Assembly (NCBI GenBank): GCA_040285855.1 | Contig: JAUFOQ010000001.1 | Span: forward strand, 2,790,001-2,854,000 | From: Eukaryota sp. GEM-RC1 | Lineage: Eukaryota | Direction: 5' to 3' | DNA length: 64,000 nt | Shown here: one piece after another, positions 23,156 to 36,696 of the stretch | How positions within the stretch are numbered: position 1 is the first letter of the stretch | How the letters are laid out: every line of letters starts with the position of its first letter | Notes under the pieces: generated by a model | What the model saw: only the letters and a program-made list of their open reading frames with translations | Database searches by the model: none | Told to the model about the DNA's origin: nothing | Translations under genes and position numbers: made by a program

Positions 23156-23614
23156 CAGTGTTCGAAAATTTTCCATCCGGACGCCACCCGGATGGTGGGT
23201 GGAACTGGGTGGCGTCCGGGTGGTTTTCATTTCCACTCGGGTGGTCACCGGGTGGCATTAAAGAACGAGACATAAGTTTTGGTGCAATAACTACTTTATA
23301 CACCATATACGATGAAACTTAAAGTACAATGTACTTTAGCAGTGTGAGATATAAAATAACTAACAATGACGAACTTTGTACAGGCTTGGGATTAAAACAA
23401 CCCTCTGAAAAATATATAAATAAGATGATATTAGCCTATCCGAGTCTAGAAATAACTCCCGTTAAAATAATTGTATTCAGGACACGTTGAACAACGAAGT
23501 ATGTATTCAGGAAGTCATGGATTGAAGATGATGGTAAGACAAAAATTATCCACCCAGTACCACCCAGACGCCACCCGGGTGGTTTTCATTTCCACCCGGG
23601 TGGTTTTCAAACAC
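23156..23614. mobile_element. hAT-type MITE in the promoter of copy B
   Basis: TIR CAGTGTTCGAAAA / TTTTCAAACAC (terminal TG missing), 8-bp TSD GTGGAAAC, subterminal CCACCCGGGTGG repeats. Confidence 0.85.
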
Positions 23615-23689
23615 GTGGAAACTGACAAATGTAAGGATTCTCTTACCAGAAACGAACCACTGTATTTCTCTCCTTTTGCATTACTTCTC

Positions 23690-25222
23690 ATGTCATTCTC
23701 CCTTCCCCCAGCAGAAACTCTTTCTATCATTCTTGATGAACCTTCCCTATGCAATCAAACCATTACATTTGGAGAAGAGTCTATTGAAGTGAACAAGTTC
23801 ATCCTTGCTGCTCATTCTACCTACTTCCGGTCTCTTTGGTTCTTAGAGTTTGGTGATAGAGACGAAAACCCAATCGACTTCTCCCATCTCCCTGTTGACT
23901 CCAACAACTTTCTTGCCTTCATCAAGTCCTTCTTTGGACGATCTTTCACCCTTGATGAGAACAATGCCTATGACTTCTACTACCTCGTCCACTACTTCCA
24001 AGTGGACAAACTGATCGTACAAGTGGAAAACCACCTAAACACTAATCTCATGACCTGGGCTTGGTTAAAACCATTCATTAAAGAAGCAGATGAAAGAAAT
24101 GACTTGAGAGCTCTGGAATTCGTTGGTCCTTTCTTTTCTAAGATTGACGACCTTGTGATTGATGACGTGATGGAAATCACTACTGAAGGGTTACAAACAC
24201 TTTCAAAATACTGTACTTCCACTCAATCACAGTCGTGGTTCGTCAAATCAATTGTGGAATCAATTTTGAATCAATGTTTTGATTTGAATGAATTTTTAAA
24301 TGTTTTAAATTCTTGCTCAATTGAAGCCTTTTCTTTTCAACAATGGGATGAGTTTCTGTTTGTTCCTTTAAAAGATGTTGAAGAATTGGAAGCCGATTTG
24401 ATGAAGTTTTTGTTTACAAGAGTTAAGAATCTTTATTTTGACTCTTTGGTGAAGAAAAATTCCGAATTAACTACCAAAAATTCGGATTTAGAAAGCAATA
24501 ATTCTGACTTAAACTCACTTACTACTGATTTAACAACGGAAATTCATGATTTGAAGGCAGAAAACTCTAGTTTAAAGGAAAACAATTCTGATTTATCCAT
24601 GAAAATTTCCAGTTTAACAACTGATATTCAGAATTTAACTGCTGCAAAGTCTAACGAAATTGTTAAACTACAACAAGAAATTGAACAGCTTAAAAAGACA
24701 ACTACAGAAACTCAAGCGGTGTCTCAATCAGATCCTCAATCAAAAGTGATTAGATTCTCCACAACTCAGAAACATTCTCAGTTACAAGTTAGTGGGGATA
24801 GAAAGAGAGTTGTTTTTGGAAGTGGTGATCGTGTGGTTAGAAATATCTTGGGAGAAGATCCACTTCTTCCAGGTAATGTTTATACTTGGAAGTTGAGGTA
24901 CCAGGGGAGTACTCAGAGTCTTTGTGTTGGAGTCATTGACGAGTCAAAGTTTAGTGTTGGTGGTAGTTGTTATCAGAATGCTCACTGTTTCCACAATTAT
25001 GATAGTGATGTTTGGGGTTGTCTCTCAGGAAACAAAACTAAGTGGAATCCTGGTGAATTACTCGAAATCAGTGTAAATCTCATTAATTACACTATAACCG
25101 TCAAATCTGTGAGTAATTCTTCAATTAATCTTACTGGAACTCTTCCCAGATTAAGTAGTGGTAATTATTATCCATATGCTAGGTTTTTTTATAGTGATCA
25201 TGTTCTTGAAATCGTTGAATAA
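23690..25222 (+). CDS. BTB - coiled-coil - SPRY-like protein, copy B (intact, 510 aa)
   Basis: Same architecture as copy A; ATG at 23690. Confidence 0.85.
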   Translation: MSFSLPPAETLSIILDEPSLCNQTITFGEESIEVNKFILAAHSTYFRSLWFLEFGDRDENPIDFSHLPVDSNNFLAFIKSFFGRSFTLDENNAYDFYYLVHYFQVDKLIVQVENHLNTNLMTWAWLKPFIKEADERNDLRALEFVGPFFSKIDDLVIDDVMEITTEGLQTLSKYCTSTQSQSWFVKSIVESILNQCFDLNEFLNVLNSCSIEAFSFQQWDEFLFVPLKDVEELEADLMKFLFTRVKNLYFDSLVKKNSELTTKNSDLESNNSDLNSLTTDLTTEIHDLKAENSSLKENNSDLSMKISSLTTDIQNLTAAKSNEIVKLQQEIEQLKKTTTETQAVSQSDPQSKVIRFSTTQKHSQLQVSGDRKRVVFGSGDRVVRNILGEDPLLPGNVYTWKLRYQGSTQSLCVGVIDESKFSVGGSCYQNAHCFHNYDSDVWGCLSGNKTKWNPGELLEISVNLINYTITVKSVSNSSINLTGTLPRLSSGNYYPYARFFYSDHVLEIVE

Positions 25223-26267
25223 AGTTGATTACATCATCATTGTGAGTAACTGTCCTCATTTAATGTTTCGAATTAAAATAAATTTTTGAACACTGAAGCG
25301 AATTCGATTAGAACACACCAACTACAAGAAGAAGTTTATGTAAGTTCATAAGTAAGATTTAATTCAAAATCATCGGCAAAAAGCCTGTCTTCATTTGGAC
25401 AACAAACCGTATAAAACTTAATAAATAACATTTAAAAGGGGGTTTTATTAATCAGTGAAATAGATGCTTTTGCAAACAATATTAACTAACAGAAACTAAC
25501 TAAAGTATCTAAACTTTGATCCTTCTGTTCATCACCGAACAACTTTCCTAAAATTGAATTAAAACATCGGTGCATTGAACGCAGCAACGTTAACCTACTC
25601 AAACAAAAATGTTCATTGAATACTTTACCGTACTCATGACACAATTTGCCAAAGGAAGTAAAAAAACCTTGTGCAGCTGGTCCAGCATTACCATCTATCG
25701 ACATCGCAAAAGGTTGAAACACAAAAGAATTGTACATGCCAACATTCAATTGATTAATTAAATGACAGTACTGTATTTTCTAATTGGGAAGCTTTGAGAG
25801 CGTTTGAAGTGGCAGATTTGGAAACTGCATTTATTTGCGGTTGATCAAGTTGGCTGAATGTGATTTCTGGCAATGAGATATCAGCTTATAAGAAGAACTT
25901 TACTTGATGAATGCCTTTTTAGCATGATCTGGACATTGGCGACAGATTTTACATCTGCTGTGTGTGAGCAAAATTTTGATTTCTTTAGGCGATTGTTATA
26001 AAAACCAAATTTCGTTCTTGTCTGTGGGAAGAAGAGATTTTGAAGATATTGCTAGTGCTTTTGGAAAGAGTATAATTTCCCTTATTGTAGCACATTGTAT
26101 CATTTTACTGTAGTAGAATCGATTGATTTAAGTTCATTTCAATAATCATATATATTTCAGAAGTTCTTATTATACCAAGATATTCGTAGAAAATTATATT
26201 ATTTGTGGAGCTGATAGGTAAGTCATTTTGAGAAAACTTGTTTTTATTTGCATTTTTTCACTAAAAC

Positions 26268-26874
26268 TAGGACTGTCCAAATTCGATCCATCCAAAAGGT
26301 CTGACTCAGTCCGGTCTTTCTTGGTTCACTGGTTCAGGTTCCGCATTTTCATCAACAGAACCGGAACCGGTCCGAACCGATATACTTTTTAAACTCTTAT
26401 CAGTGGTAAAAAGAACTTTTGCGAAGATATACTGTATTGGACACTGTGTTCACAATGTGAGAATCTAACTGAAACAATCAATAAATAAGTGTAGGATTAT
26501 TCTTGAAATTCTTACCCCCAATGGTCCTTAACGCTAATCCTCCTGCAAAGTTTTCATCTCCTGATTCACGTAAAAAAGCATGGATTTGGAACTACTTCAC
26601 CCGCCTTGAAGACAAACGTGCTCGCTGCAACGCTAAAGGTTGTGAGAAACACAAACATCCTTATGCAGCAACCACAGGGAATAGTACTATTATACGACAT
26701 CTTCAGAACCACCATAATGATATTCTTCAACCCAATGAACGGAAGGAAAGTCTTCAGAATGTCCAGGTACTCACCACATTTCTGCAAAAGCATAAGCAGT
26801 ACGCTGAGTGTGATCCAACAGTACTAAAAACGTATTCTTGTGGTTTCAAATTTGTTAAATTAAAACAAATATGA
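26268..26874 (+). mobile_element. hAT left end plus BED-finger fragment (duplicate of 21321-21928)
   Basis: Near-identical sequence. Confidence 0.75.
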
Positions 26875-28132
26875 AACCACAAAATCTGTCCCAACAGTCA
26901 AAGTCTCAACCATCATTCAGAGTGTCACTTGGTCACACAAGTGTAACCACCATTGACTTCTCGTTGATGCCATTCTCTCTGAAGAAAAAGATGACGTGAC
27001 CAAGATTTCCTTGTCAGAAAAGTTACTTGCTTAAGACCAGCAAGCTACGGACTTCTATTTGATAGATTTTGGGTCACAGAAGCTTATCCTAACGATATTA
27101 GATGAATAAACCTTAAGAAGGTCGGTGAGATGTGAAAAGACATAAAAGTTATCAAACTTATGAAGATGCTTGCCGGGTTATAAGGAATGTTTGAAATAAA
27201 GAATTGATAAGTAAATGTACACAAAACCATCCCTGGAGAGTTTCAAGATTGATGCTCCAATATGCTGGAGGCTAAAAAGAATAAGCTCTCCATTGTTCTG
27301 CACTATTACACCAAACTCCTGGAAGGTGCAGAACCTCCAATTGATCACCCTGAATACTCTGAAATTAAATAATTTAAGATTATCCAATGCTGTTAGATAA
27401 CAATGCTTATATATTAGTAAACGAACTTACTTCACTCACTGAAAAACGACAGATTTAGTTTTTAAGACAGCGAAATCCAACTTTAAATCTAGGATCAAAA
27501 CCAAACTCACGATCAACAACTGATTCAAATTTGATTGATTACTTGCAACTTCACTAATGGTACGTTTAATCCTGTAATCAGAACACTTTCGAATTTAATA
27601 TTAGATTATTACAATAAATTAACAGAATTTCCAAATTCTGATCTCTCTTTAGGGACACTTTTACAGTAGAACCGTGCAACTGATGACTCTTGAAGCAGAC
27701 CATCATTGAGATAAGCAGTGATTCTGTAAGGAAAAGCAGGTTATAAATGGTCACAGTCATTGGGTTCAGTGATGACATGTCATTGATTATTTACAGAGAG
27801 GTAGCAAAGACCTAAGAAGTGACAAGGAAGATGTTCTTTTAGGAGTACTGAACTGGAAGAGTTGTGTTTTGAAAGAAGAACTGAGGTGATAAAGACCATG
27901 TATATTTGAGAGATCGTAATCCCAAATACAAGGAACAGAGACCAGAAGATGCTTTGAAGAGAGAAGGACTGAAGATTAGTAGGAAAGACTTGAAAGATTA
28001 TGACAAGAGGAAATTGGAAAGAAACAGGTTCCCACAAGCATGGTAAAAATGATAGAGAAAGAATGCGCAATATACACTACTTGTAGCTTGGATCGTGGTG
28101 GAAACTGACAAATGTAAGGATTCTCTTACCAG

Positions 28133-28608
28133 CAGTGTTCGAAAATTTTCCACCCGGACGCCACCCGGGTGGTGGGTGGAACCGGGTGGCGTCCGGGTGG
28201 TTTTCATTTCCACCCGGGTGGTCACCGGGTGGCATTAAAGAACGAGACATAAGTTTTGGTGCAAAAACTACTTTATACACCATATACGATGAAACTTAAA
28301 GTACTTTAGCAGTGTGTGATATAAAATAACTAACAATGAAGAACTTTGTACAGGGTTGGGATTAAAACAACCCTCTGAAAAATAAATAAATAAGATGATA
28401 TACCCGAGCCTAGAAATAACTCCCGTTAAAATAATTGTATTCAGGACACGTTGAACATCGAAGTATGTATTCAGGAAGTCATGGATTGAAGATGATGGTA
28501 TGACCAAAATTATCCACCCAGTACCACCCAGACGCCACCCGGGTGGTGGGTGGAACCGAGTGCCACCCGGGTGGTTTTCATTTCCACCCGGGTGGTTTTC
28601 AAACACTG
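28133..28608. mobile_element. hAT-type MITE (same family as 23156-23614) in the promoter of copy C
   Basis: TIRs CAGTGTTCGAAAA / TTTTCAAACACTG, 8-bp TSD CTTACCAG. Confidence 0.9.
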
Positions 28609-28656
28609 CTTACCAGAAACGAACCTCTGCATTCCTCTCCTTTTGCATTACTTCTA

Positions 28657-30188
28657 ATGTCATTCTCCCTTCCCCCAGCAGAAACTCTGACCATCATTCT
28701 CGATGAACCTTCCCTATGCAACCAAACCATTACATTAGGAGAAGAGTCTATTGATGTGAACAAGTTCATCCTTGCTGCTCATTCTACCTACTTTCGGTCT
28801 CTTTGGTTCTTGGAGTTTGGTGACAGAGACGAAAACCCAATCGACTTCTCCCATCTCCCTGTTGACTCTAACAACTTTCTTGCCTTCATCAAGTCCTTCT
28901 TCGGACAATCATTCGTCCTCGATGAGATCAATGCTTACGATTTCTACTACCTTGTCCACTACTTCCAAGTGGACAAACTGATCGTACAAGTTGAAAACCA
29001 CCTCAACACTAATCTCATGACCTGGGCTTGGTTAAAACCATTCATTAAAGAAGCAGATGAAAGAAATGACTTGAGAGCTCTGGAATTCGTTGGTCCTTTC
29101 TTTTCAAAGATTGACGACCTTGTGATTGATGACGTGATGGCAATCACTACTGAAGGGTTACAAACACTTTCAAAATACTGTACTTCCACTCAATCTCAAT
29201 CGTGGTTCGTCAAATCAATGGTGGAATCAATTTTGAATCAAAATTTTGACTTGAATGAGTTTTCAATTATTCTAAATTCTTACTCAATTGAAGCCTTTTC
29301 TTTTTTGTTCCTTTAAAAGATGTTAAAGAATTGGAAGCCGATTTGATGAAGTTTTTGTTTACAAGAGTTAAGAATCTTTATTTTGATTCGTTGGTGAAGG
29401 AAAATTCTGAATTGAAGGAAGATAATTCTGAATTGAACTTACAGAATTCTGAATTATCGACCAAAAATTCGCATTTGGAAAGCAACAATTCTGACTTAAA
29501 CACACTTACTACTGATTTAACAACGGAAAACCATGATTTAAAGACAACAATTTCTGAGTTAGAAACAAACAATGCTGGTTTAACAACTGATATTCAGAAT
29601 TTAACTACTACAAAGTCTAACGAAATTGCTAAACTACAACAAGAAATTGAACAACTTAAAAAGACAACTACAGAAACTCAAGTGGTGTCTCAATCAGTTC
29701 CTCAATCAAAAGTGATTAGATTCTCCCCAACTAAGAAACATTCTCAGTTACAAGTTAGTGGGGATAGAAAGAGAGTTGTTTTTGGAAGTGGTCTTAGTGG
29801 GGTTAGAAATATCTTGGGAGAAGATCCACTTCTTCCAGGTAATGTTTATACTTGGAAGTTGAGGTACCAGGGGGATACTAATGGTCTTATTGTTGGAGTC
29901 ATTGACGAGGCAAAGTTTAGAGTTGATGGTAATTGTTATGAGAATGCTCAATGTTTCCACAACAATGGTATTGGTGTTTGGGGTTGTCTCTCAGGAAACA
30001 AAACTCAGTGGAATCCTCGTGAATTAGTCGAAATCAGTGTAAATCTCATCAATCACACTTTAACAATCAAATCCGTGAGTAATTCTTCAATTAATCTTTC
30101 TGGAACTCTTCCCAGATTAACTAGTGGTAATTATTATCCATATGCTAGGTTAAGTTTTAGTGATCATGTACTTGAAATCGTTGAATAA
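28657..30188 (+). pseudogene. BTB - coiled-coil - SPRY-like copy C
   Basis: A 22-bp deletion near 29305 relative to copies A/B causes a frameshift. Confidence 0.85.
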
Positions 30189-30519
30189 AGTTGATTACAT
30201 CATCATTGTGAGTTACTGTCATCATTTAATGTTTCTAACTAATATTAATTTATGAACACCGAAGCGAATTCGATTAGAACTCACTAACTACAAGAAGAAG
30301 TTAATGTAAGTTCCTAAGTAAGATTTAATTCAAAATCATCAGTAAAAAAGACTATCTACATTTGGAAAAAAACCGTATAAAGCTTAATAAATTACATGTA
30401 AACGGGGTTTGTTATTAATCAGTGAAATAAATGCTTTTTGCAAACAATATTAACTAACAGACACAAACTAAAGCATCAATACTTTGATCCTTCTGTTCAT
30501 CACCGAACAACATTTTCAA

Positions 30520-31285
30520 CTTTTTCAAACAACTCTCACAATCAATATCGACTAAACTCAATAGAAAACAGCAATGAGCTGTTCTAAGGATACGGAATTG
30601 TTTAAAAATGGCAAATGAAATCATCGAGGCGTTGAATTTAACAAATTTCATAAGTATGCGTCTTTACAAAAGGTTTGTGTGGACCAGTTCTTAACTGTCG
30701 CTAATCCCCAATTTCCTGCAAGTTCTGGAGTAGAGGGCCAGGTAGCATATTACTGTAACATTTATTCTCATCTTATCTTAGATGGAGGTACTATCAAACG
30801 GATTATATGCAACCATCCTAGCTCATAGTACTGTTGCTTATACAAGTAAAGTGCTGTTAGACAGTGTATGCCCTTTCGACTTTAAGCATATAAATCAGTA
30901 TAATGTTAAGAAGAGGCGTCGAGCATTCAGAGGAACATGGAGAGAGAAACTGAACTTTTGTGTAATCAACTTGGTCAATAGATCATCTCGATCGTGTATA
31001 CGAATGGATCCGTTACAGAGGTAGAAGAAAACTTGCTCTTGATACACAACATTTGAATGTTTTAGATCCAAGAGCTATCAGAGGTAAGTGATAGTCTTTA
31101 TACACACATGTATTGAAAGCCGCACAAAGACAACTAAATATAAAGGGTGAATTTGGCGACAGTATTGTGTTTCTTAGCTGTATAAAATAGTGTCATATGT
31201 TGCGATATCTATTGCAAGTGTCTGAATCAGCAATAAATTTATTGCAATTAAATTTTACTTTAATGTTTTTTGACCTTAGCTCAGA
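30520..31285. repeat. Unclassified dispersed repeat (close copy at 49121-49886, diverged partial copy near 44960-45240)
   Basis: Direct sequence similarity; no recognisable protein motif. Confidence 0.7.
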
Positions 31286-31479
31286 CCATGTATCTGTTAT
31301 AGAACAACAAAATAACAAGCGCATCACACGTAGCGCAACGATATGTATTGTAGGACAATATGACAGGTCGAGTTTGTCTATAGTTGTCTAATTTTGTTAA
31401 TGAGAGTTTTACATACACTAATTCTCTTATAAAGCCTTTGTCACGATCATTGCTGCTCAATGAATATGACACACTAAAA

Positions 31480-33900
31480 TCAAAGGCTTCCAAAGACACC
31501 CGTATCCGTGCTTTATCTGTTTACAGAAGCTCAAAGTGACATTGTTCTATTTTTTGTGTCTCCCAGTCTATTGTCTCTCGTTGGGTGTCAAATTGCTTCC
31601 TCAATCCAGAAATCAACTCAATGAAAGCAACTGATCATGTACTGACCGAAAATGAAGTCAAATCGGTTGTTAAAATGGTGACAAGTTCACATCAATAATT
31701 TTTTACGAGAGCTCCAAGTTCAAGTACTTCAGAAACTAAAAAAGAAGTATTTATCAGTACTTTACGTAGAATTTAATTGAAGAACAAGTAATTTTACAAG
31801 CGATGCCAAGCTTCAATGAGAAAAGCTCGCATACAGATGATTATCAGCTTTGAAAGATATATGAGAATAAATGTTGGATTAATGAGTATCCGACAGTTGG
31901 TGTCTATAACAACAACAATATGTTGATTGTTCCAGTCCACAATAAACAATATATTGTACAATAACACAATCCAATATTTATCATTTTCTACATGCTAAAG
32001 AAGAATAAGCTCTCTGACAAAGTCATTGTTCTGCACTATTTCACCAAAGTCCTGGAAGGTGCAGAACCTCCAATTGATCACCCTGAATACTTTGAAGATA
32101 GAACGCCCTACAAGTGCAAACATTGCTAAAATTTCGTAACCTGGGTGACTTCTAAGCTTGCATCACATGTTCGCTCCAATGACTCCCCCCTTGATCCTGC
32201 GCTGACTGACCAGAAAACTACCGGACCTCTAGCGTGTTTGTAAATCGACCTGCTGTTAACAAAGTCGAAAATATGTATGCATGTTTAGAGCTCTTCATTA
32301 ACGGCCAAAGATCCTTCTCGTTTGTTGACGATGAACTACTAAAGAAACACTTATTCCTCTCCCATATTTCCAAAACCCTCGTTGAGAAAGTACTTTAAAC
32401 TGGTATACACAGAGACTGTTGAAGTTGTCAAATTCATGTTTCCAAACAAATTTGGATTAGTCTTTGATGGCTGGTCTGACTACTCAAGCAGTCAAGAATA
32501 TATAGGTATGTTGGCTGTTTATCCGGGCATGTAAACTCCATTGTTACTGGCTTTCGTTCCATTTGAAATTGACGAAATTTTAACTCCTTCAAATCCGTAG
32601 TTTTTGACCTTTTTGACGATGAAGTTTCAAGGAACTTGCCTTTTTTAGCTGATAACCGTAAGTTACGAACTCTTTATGAAGCGTTGAAATTAGTACAACC
32701 CACTACGAAGCATTTGCAAACTTAAAATTTAACATTGGTACAAGCAGATGGTACATATGAAGAGTTCCATTCAGAGTTGTCTGACATGACCTTGTATACT
32801 TCTTACCCTAATTCCAAGATGAACTCACCTGACTTTGAAACATCCGTAATGAAGATTCAGAAAGATCGAGAATTAGTTCTCACTGAAGACGAAAAGGCCT
32901 CTGTCAGTTGCTTCCAAGAAAGTGAAACCAAGTAGACCGTTGAACTCTGGTGGTATGTCTTTTGAGGAGAAAATGAAATTGAAGGAATTGAAACGCTTAG
33001 CAACGGGACAGTACACTGATTTACAATTTATATAGCAACAAACAATGATATTGAGCGCTTTTTCAGCAAGACAAAGAACACTCTCTCTGGTCGTCAGAAC
33101 TTAACATTGCATTGTCTCGAAATGCAGCTATACCTTTACTACAACAAGCACTGTTGGAATCAACAGACAGTAATGCGTGCAATGACTCCAAAAGCAGAAA
33201 CTGAAGTTGTTATTAACGTAGAAGACAGAGATTCAGACTAATGATTGCTTTCGATAATCAATAAATATTGTATTGTTTTTTGTTGTTTTTTCTCACAATA
33301 TACCTACAATACAAATATTTGATTGGACATTATATGTATTGTTCGATCAAACAATAAACAATAAAGCAAATATATATGTTGTCGTTGCTGGTCTAAAGAT
33401 GAAATCAGTTTCCGCTCAGAACACTTGGGCAGATAGTATGTACGATCAGTTGTAGGTAAAAATTTCTTCAGTGGAAGATCCACAATTCATAAGTCTATGA
33501 TTAGAGGGATTGTGGCTTTAACCCAAGAAGGAATCTTTCTTTGGGACTTAAAGGACGGGAACTATACTAGAGTAGAGTTTGTAAACTTTCTCAGAGATAC
33601 ATTAATGCGACAACTACTTTCAGTGTTTCCTAGAGATAGATCCATCATCATACTTAACCGATGCATCATCCATAGGACTCCTGATCTTGAAGAATGAATG
33701 ATAAAGTCAGGTGCCTTATACGTCCTGTTACCTCCGTATTGTCCGAAGATGAACCCGATTGAAAGCTTCTTTGATGTGCAAAGGAAGAAAGTTCCATTAG
33801 TGAGTGGTAACTCTGGCTGCTCATCTTACAACACTCTGCAATCATCTTTGTAAGTACACTTGTGCTAACATCTTTCAGCATTCTGGCTGGAAAGACGGTC
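31480..33900 (+). mobile_element. Decayed Tc1/mariner (IS630-like DDE) transposase, split by a nested hAT
   Basis: VS(I)DE reconstructable across the insertion, IIILNRCIIH (second-Asp region) and LLPPYCPKMNPIESF at about 33725-33770. Confidence 0.7.
31910..33390 (+). mobile_element. Internally deleted hAT transposon
   Basis: BED-like YKCKHC..LASHV, FGLVFDGWSD and dimerisation-domain ATNNDIERFFS..LEMQLYLYYN. Imperfect TIRs; degenerate 8-bp TSD GTCTATAA/GTCTAAAG. Confidence 0.7.
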
Positions 33901-35146
33901 TCTACTATAAGTCTCCTTATATCCATCCTCTAACCGAGGTTCTATCTCAAAGTGGCTACCTTTTTCAATTTCTCAGACAAGCAGACAACAACAAATAAAG
34001 ATCTTTATCGAATGTTCTACTAATCTGGATAGCTATTGAGCTTTTCTCTTCTACTCTATTAAAATTAACTTCAATATCTGCATCATAGTGTGCCATTTTT
34101 GATGATTCAAAAACAGAAATAATCTTTTCCAGTATGACACGAGCTTCAGGGATCACTCAATTTCCATGATTGACTGTGATCTTAGTGTGTCGGGCAAATG
34201 AAAGATCCATCACATGATTCTTTTAAGTTACTAAACAGGTTCTTGAAATATAATCAGAAAAATACTGGATTTGGTTATTAGAAATACAGAAGTTTTTCAC
34301 TCAGCTTACTTTAGACAATGTAATAAATTGATTGAAAATAGATATTTTAAAAGTAATCAATGTTGTTAGATAACAGTGCATATATATTAGTAAACGAACT
34401 TACTTCATTCACAGAAGAAACGACAGATTCAGTTTTGAAGACAGCGAAATCCAACTTTAAATCTAGGATCAAAACCAAACTCACGATCAACAACTGATTA
34501 AATTTTGATTGACAACTTGCAACTTCACTAATGGTGCATTTAATCCTGTATTCAGAACACTTTCGAATTTAAAATTAGATTATTACAATAAATTAACAGA
34601 ATTTCCAAATTCTGATCTCTCTTTAGGGACACTTTTACAGTAGAACCGTGTATTGAAGACTCTTGAAGCAGACCATCATTGAGATAAGCAGTGATTCTGT
34701 AAGGCAAAGCATGAAAGAATTGGCAACAGTTATTGAGTTCAATGATGACGTATCATTGATTATTTACAGAGAGGTAGCAAAGACCTAAGAAGTGAAGAGT
34801 AAGATGTTCTTTTAGGAGTACTGAAGTGGAAGAGTTTGTATTTTGAAAGAAGAACTGAGGTGATAAAGACCATGCATCTTTGAGAGATCGTAATCTCAAA
34901 TACAAGGAACAGAGACCAGAAGATGCTTTGAAGAGAGAATGACTGAAGATTAATAGGAAAGACTCAGAAGATTACGACGAAGGAAATTGGAAAGAAACAG
35001 GTTCACCCACAAGCATTGTAAAAATGATAGAGAAAGCCTGTGCAATGTAAACTACTTGTAGCTAGGTTTGTGTGGAAACTGACAAATGTAAGGATTCTGT
35101 TACCAGAAACGAACCACTGCATTTCTCTCCTTTTGCATTACTTCTC

Positions 35147-36696
35147 ATGTCATTCTCCCTTCCCCCAGCAGAAACTCTATCTATCATTCTCAATGAACCT
35201 TCCCTATGCAACCAAACCATTACATTTGGAGAAGAGTCTATTGACGTGAACAAGTTCATCCTTGCTGCTCATTCTACATACTTCCGGTCTCTATGGTTCT
35301 TGGAGTTTGGTGACAGAGACGAAAACCCAATCGACTTCTCCCATCTTCCTGTTGACTCTAACAACTTTCTTGCCTTCATCAAGTCCTTCTTCGGACAATC
35401 TTTCACTCTGGATGAGAACAATGCTTACGACTTCTACTACCTCGTCCACTACTTCCAAGTGGACAAACTGATCGTACAAGTTGAAAACCACCTCAACACT
35501 AATCTCATGACCTGGGCTTGGTTAAAACCATTCATTAAAGAAGCAGATGAAAGAAATGACTTGAGAGCTCTGGAATTCGTTGGTCCTTTCTTTTTTAAGA
35601 TTGACGACCTTGTGATTGATGACGTGATGGCAATCACTACTGAAGGGTTAAAAACTCTTTGCAAATACTGTACTTCCACTCAATCACAGTCGTGGTTCGT
35701 CAAATCAATGGTGGAATCAATTTTGAATCAAAGTTTTGATTTGAATGAATTTTTAAATGTTCTAAATTCTTGCTCAATTGAAACCTTTTCTTTTCAACAA
35801 TGGGATGAATATCTGTTTGTTCCTTTAAAAGATGTTGAAGAATTGGAAGCCGATTTGATGAAGTTTTTGTTTACAAGAGTTAAGAATCTTTATTTTGACT
35901 CGTTGGTGAAGGAAAATTCTGATTTAAACATTCAAAAAATTGTGAATTAACTACCAAATGTTCGGATTTAGAAAGCAAAAATTCTGAGTTAAACACACTA
36001 ACTACTGATTTAACAACGGAAAATCATCATTTGAAGGCAGAAAACTCGCAATTGAAGACAAACAATTCTGAATTATCCGTGCAAATTTCTAGTTTAACAA
36101 CTGACATTCAGAATCTCACAGATACAAATTCTTACGAAATTTCTAAACTAAAACAAGAAAATGAACAACTTAAAAAGGGAACTACAGAATCTCAAGTGTC
36201 TCAATCAGTTCCTCAATCAAAAGTGATTCGATTCTCCCCAACTAAGAAACATTCTCTGTTACACGTTAGTGGGGATAGAAAGAGAGTTGTTGTTGGAAGT
36301 GGTGGTGGTGGTAGAAATATCTTGGGAGAAGATCCACTTCTTCCAGGTAATGAGTATACTTGGAAGTTCAGGTACCAGGGGAATACTAGTTGTCTTTTTG
36401 TTGGAGTCATTGACGAGTCACAGTTTAGTGTTGATGGTAGTTGTTATAACAATGGTCACTGTTTTCACAATAGTGGTAATAATGTTTATCGTTGTCTCTC
36501 AGGAAACAAAACTAAGTGGAATCCTGGTGAATTACTCGAAATCAATGTAAATCTCATCAATCACACTTTAACAATCAAATCCGTGAGTAATTCTTCAATT
36601 AATCTTATTGGAACTCTTCCCAGATTGAGCAGTGGTAATTATTATCCATATGCTTTCTTATGGTATAGTGATCATGAACTTGAAATAGTTGAATAA
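35147..36696 (+). pseudogene. BTB - coiled-coil - SPRY-like copy D (frameshift in an A-run; could be a sequencing error)
   Basis: A6 at 35934-35939 versus A4 in copy F; otherwise an intact frame. Confidence 0.7.

Larger units (their letters stand above)
20276..27410 (+). repeat. Tandem segmental duplication, period about 4.95 kb (20276-22460 vs 25223-27410 near-identical), generating copies A, B and C
   Basis: Identical small ORFs repeat at an offset of about 4946 bp. Confidence 0.9.

Noticed and set aside
23156..28608. GC-rich palindromic repeats as a CRISPR array
   Set aside because: No regular unique spacers or cas genes; they lie within TIR/TSD-bounded MITEs.
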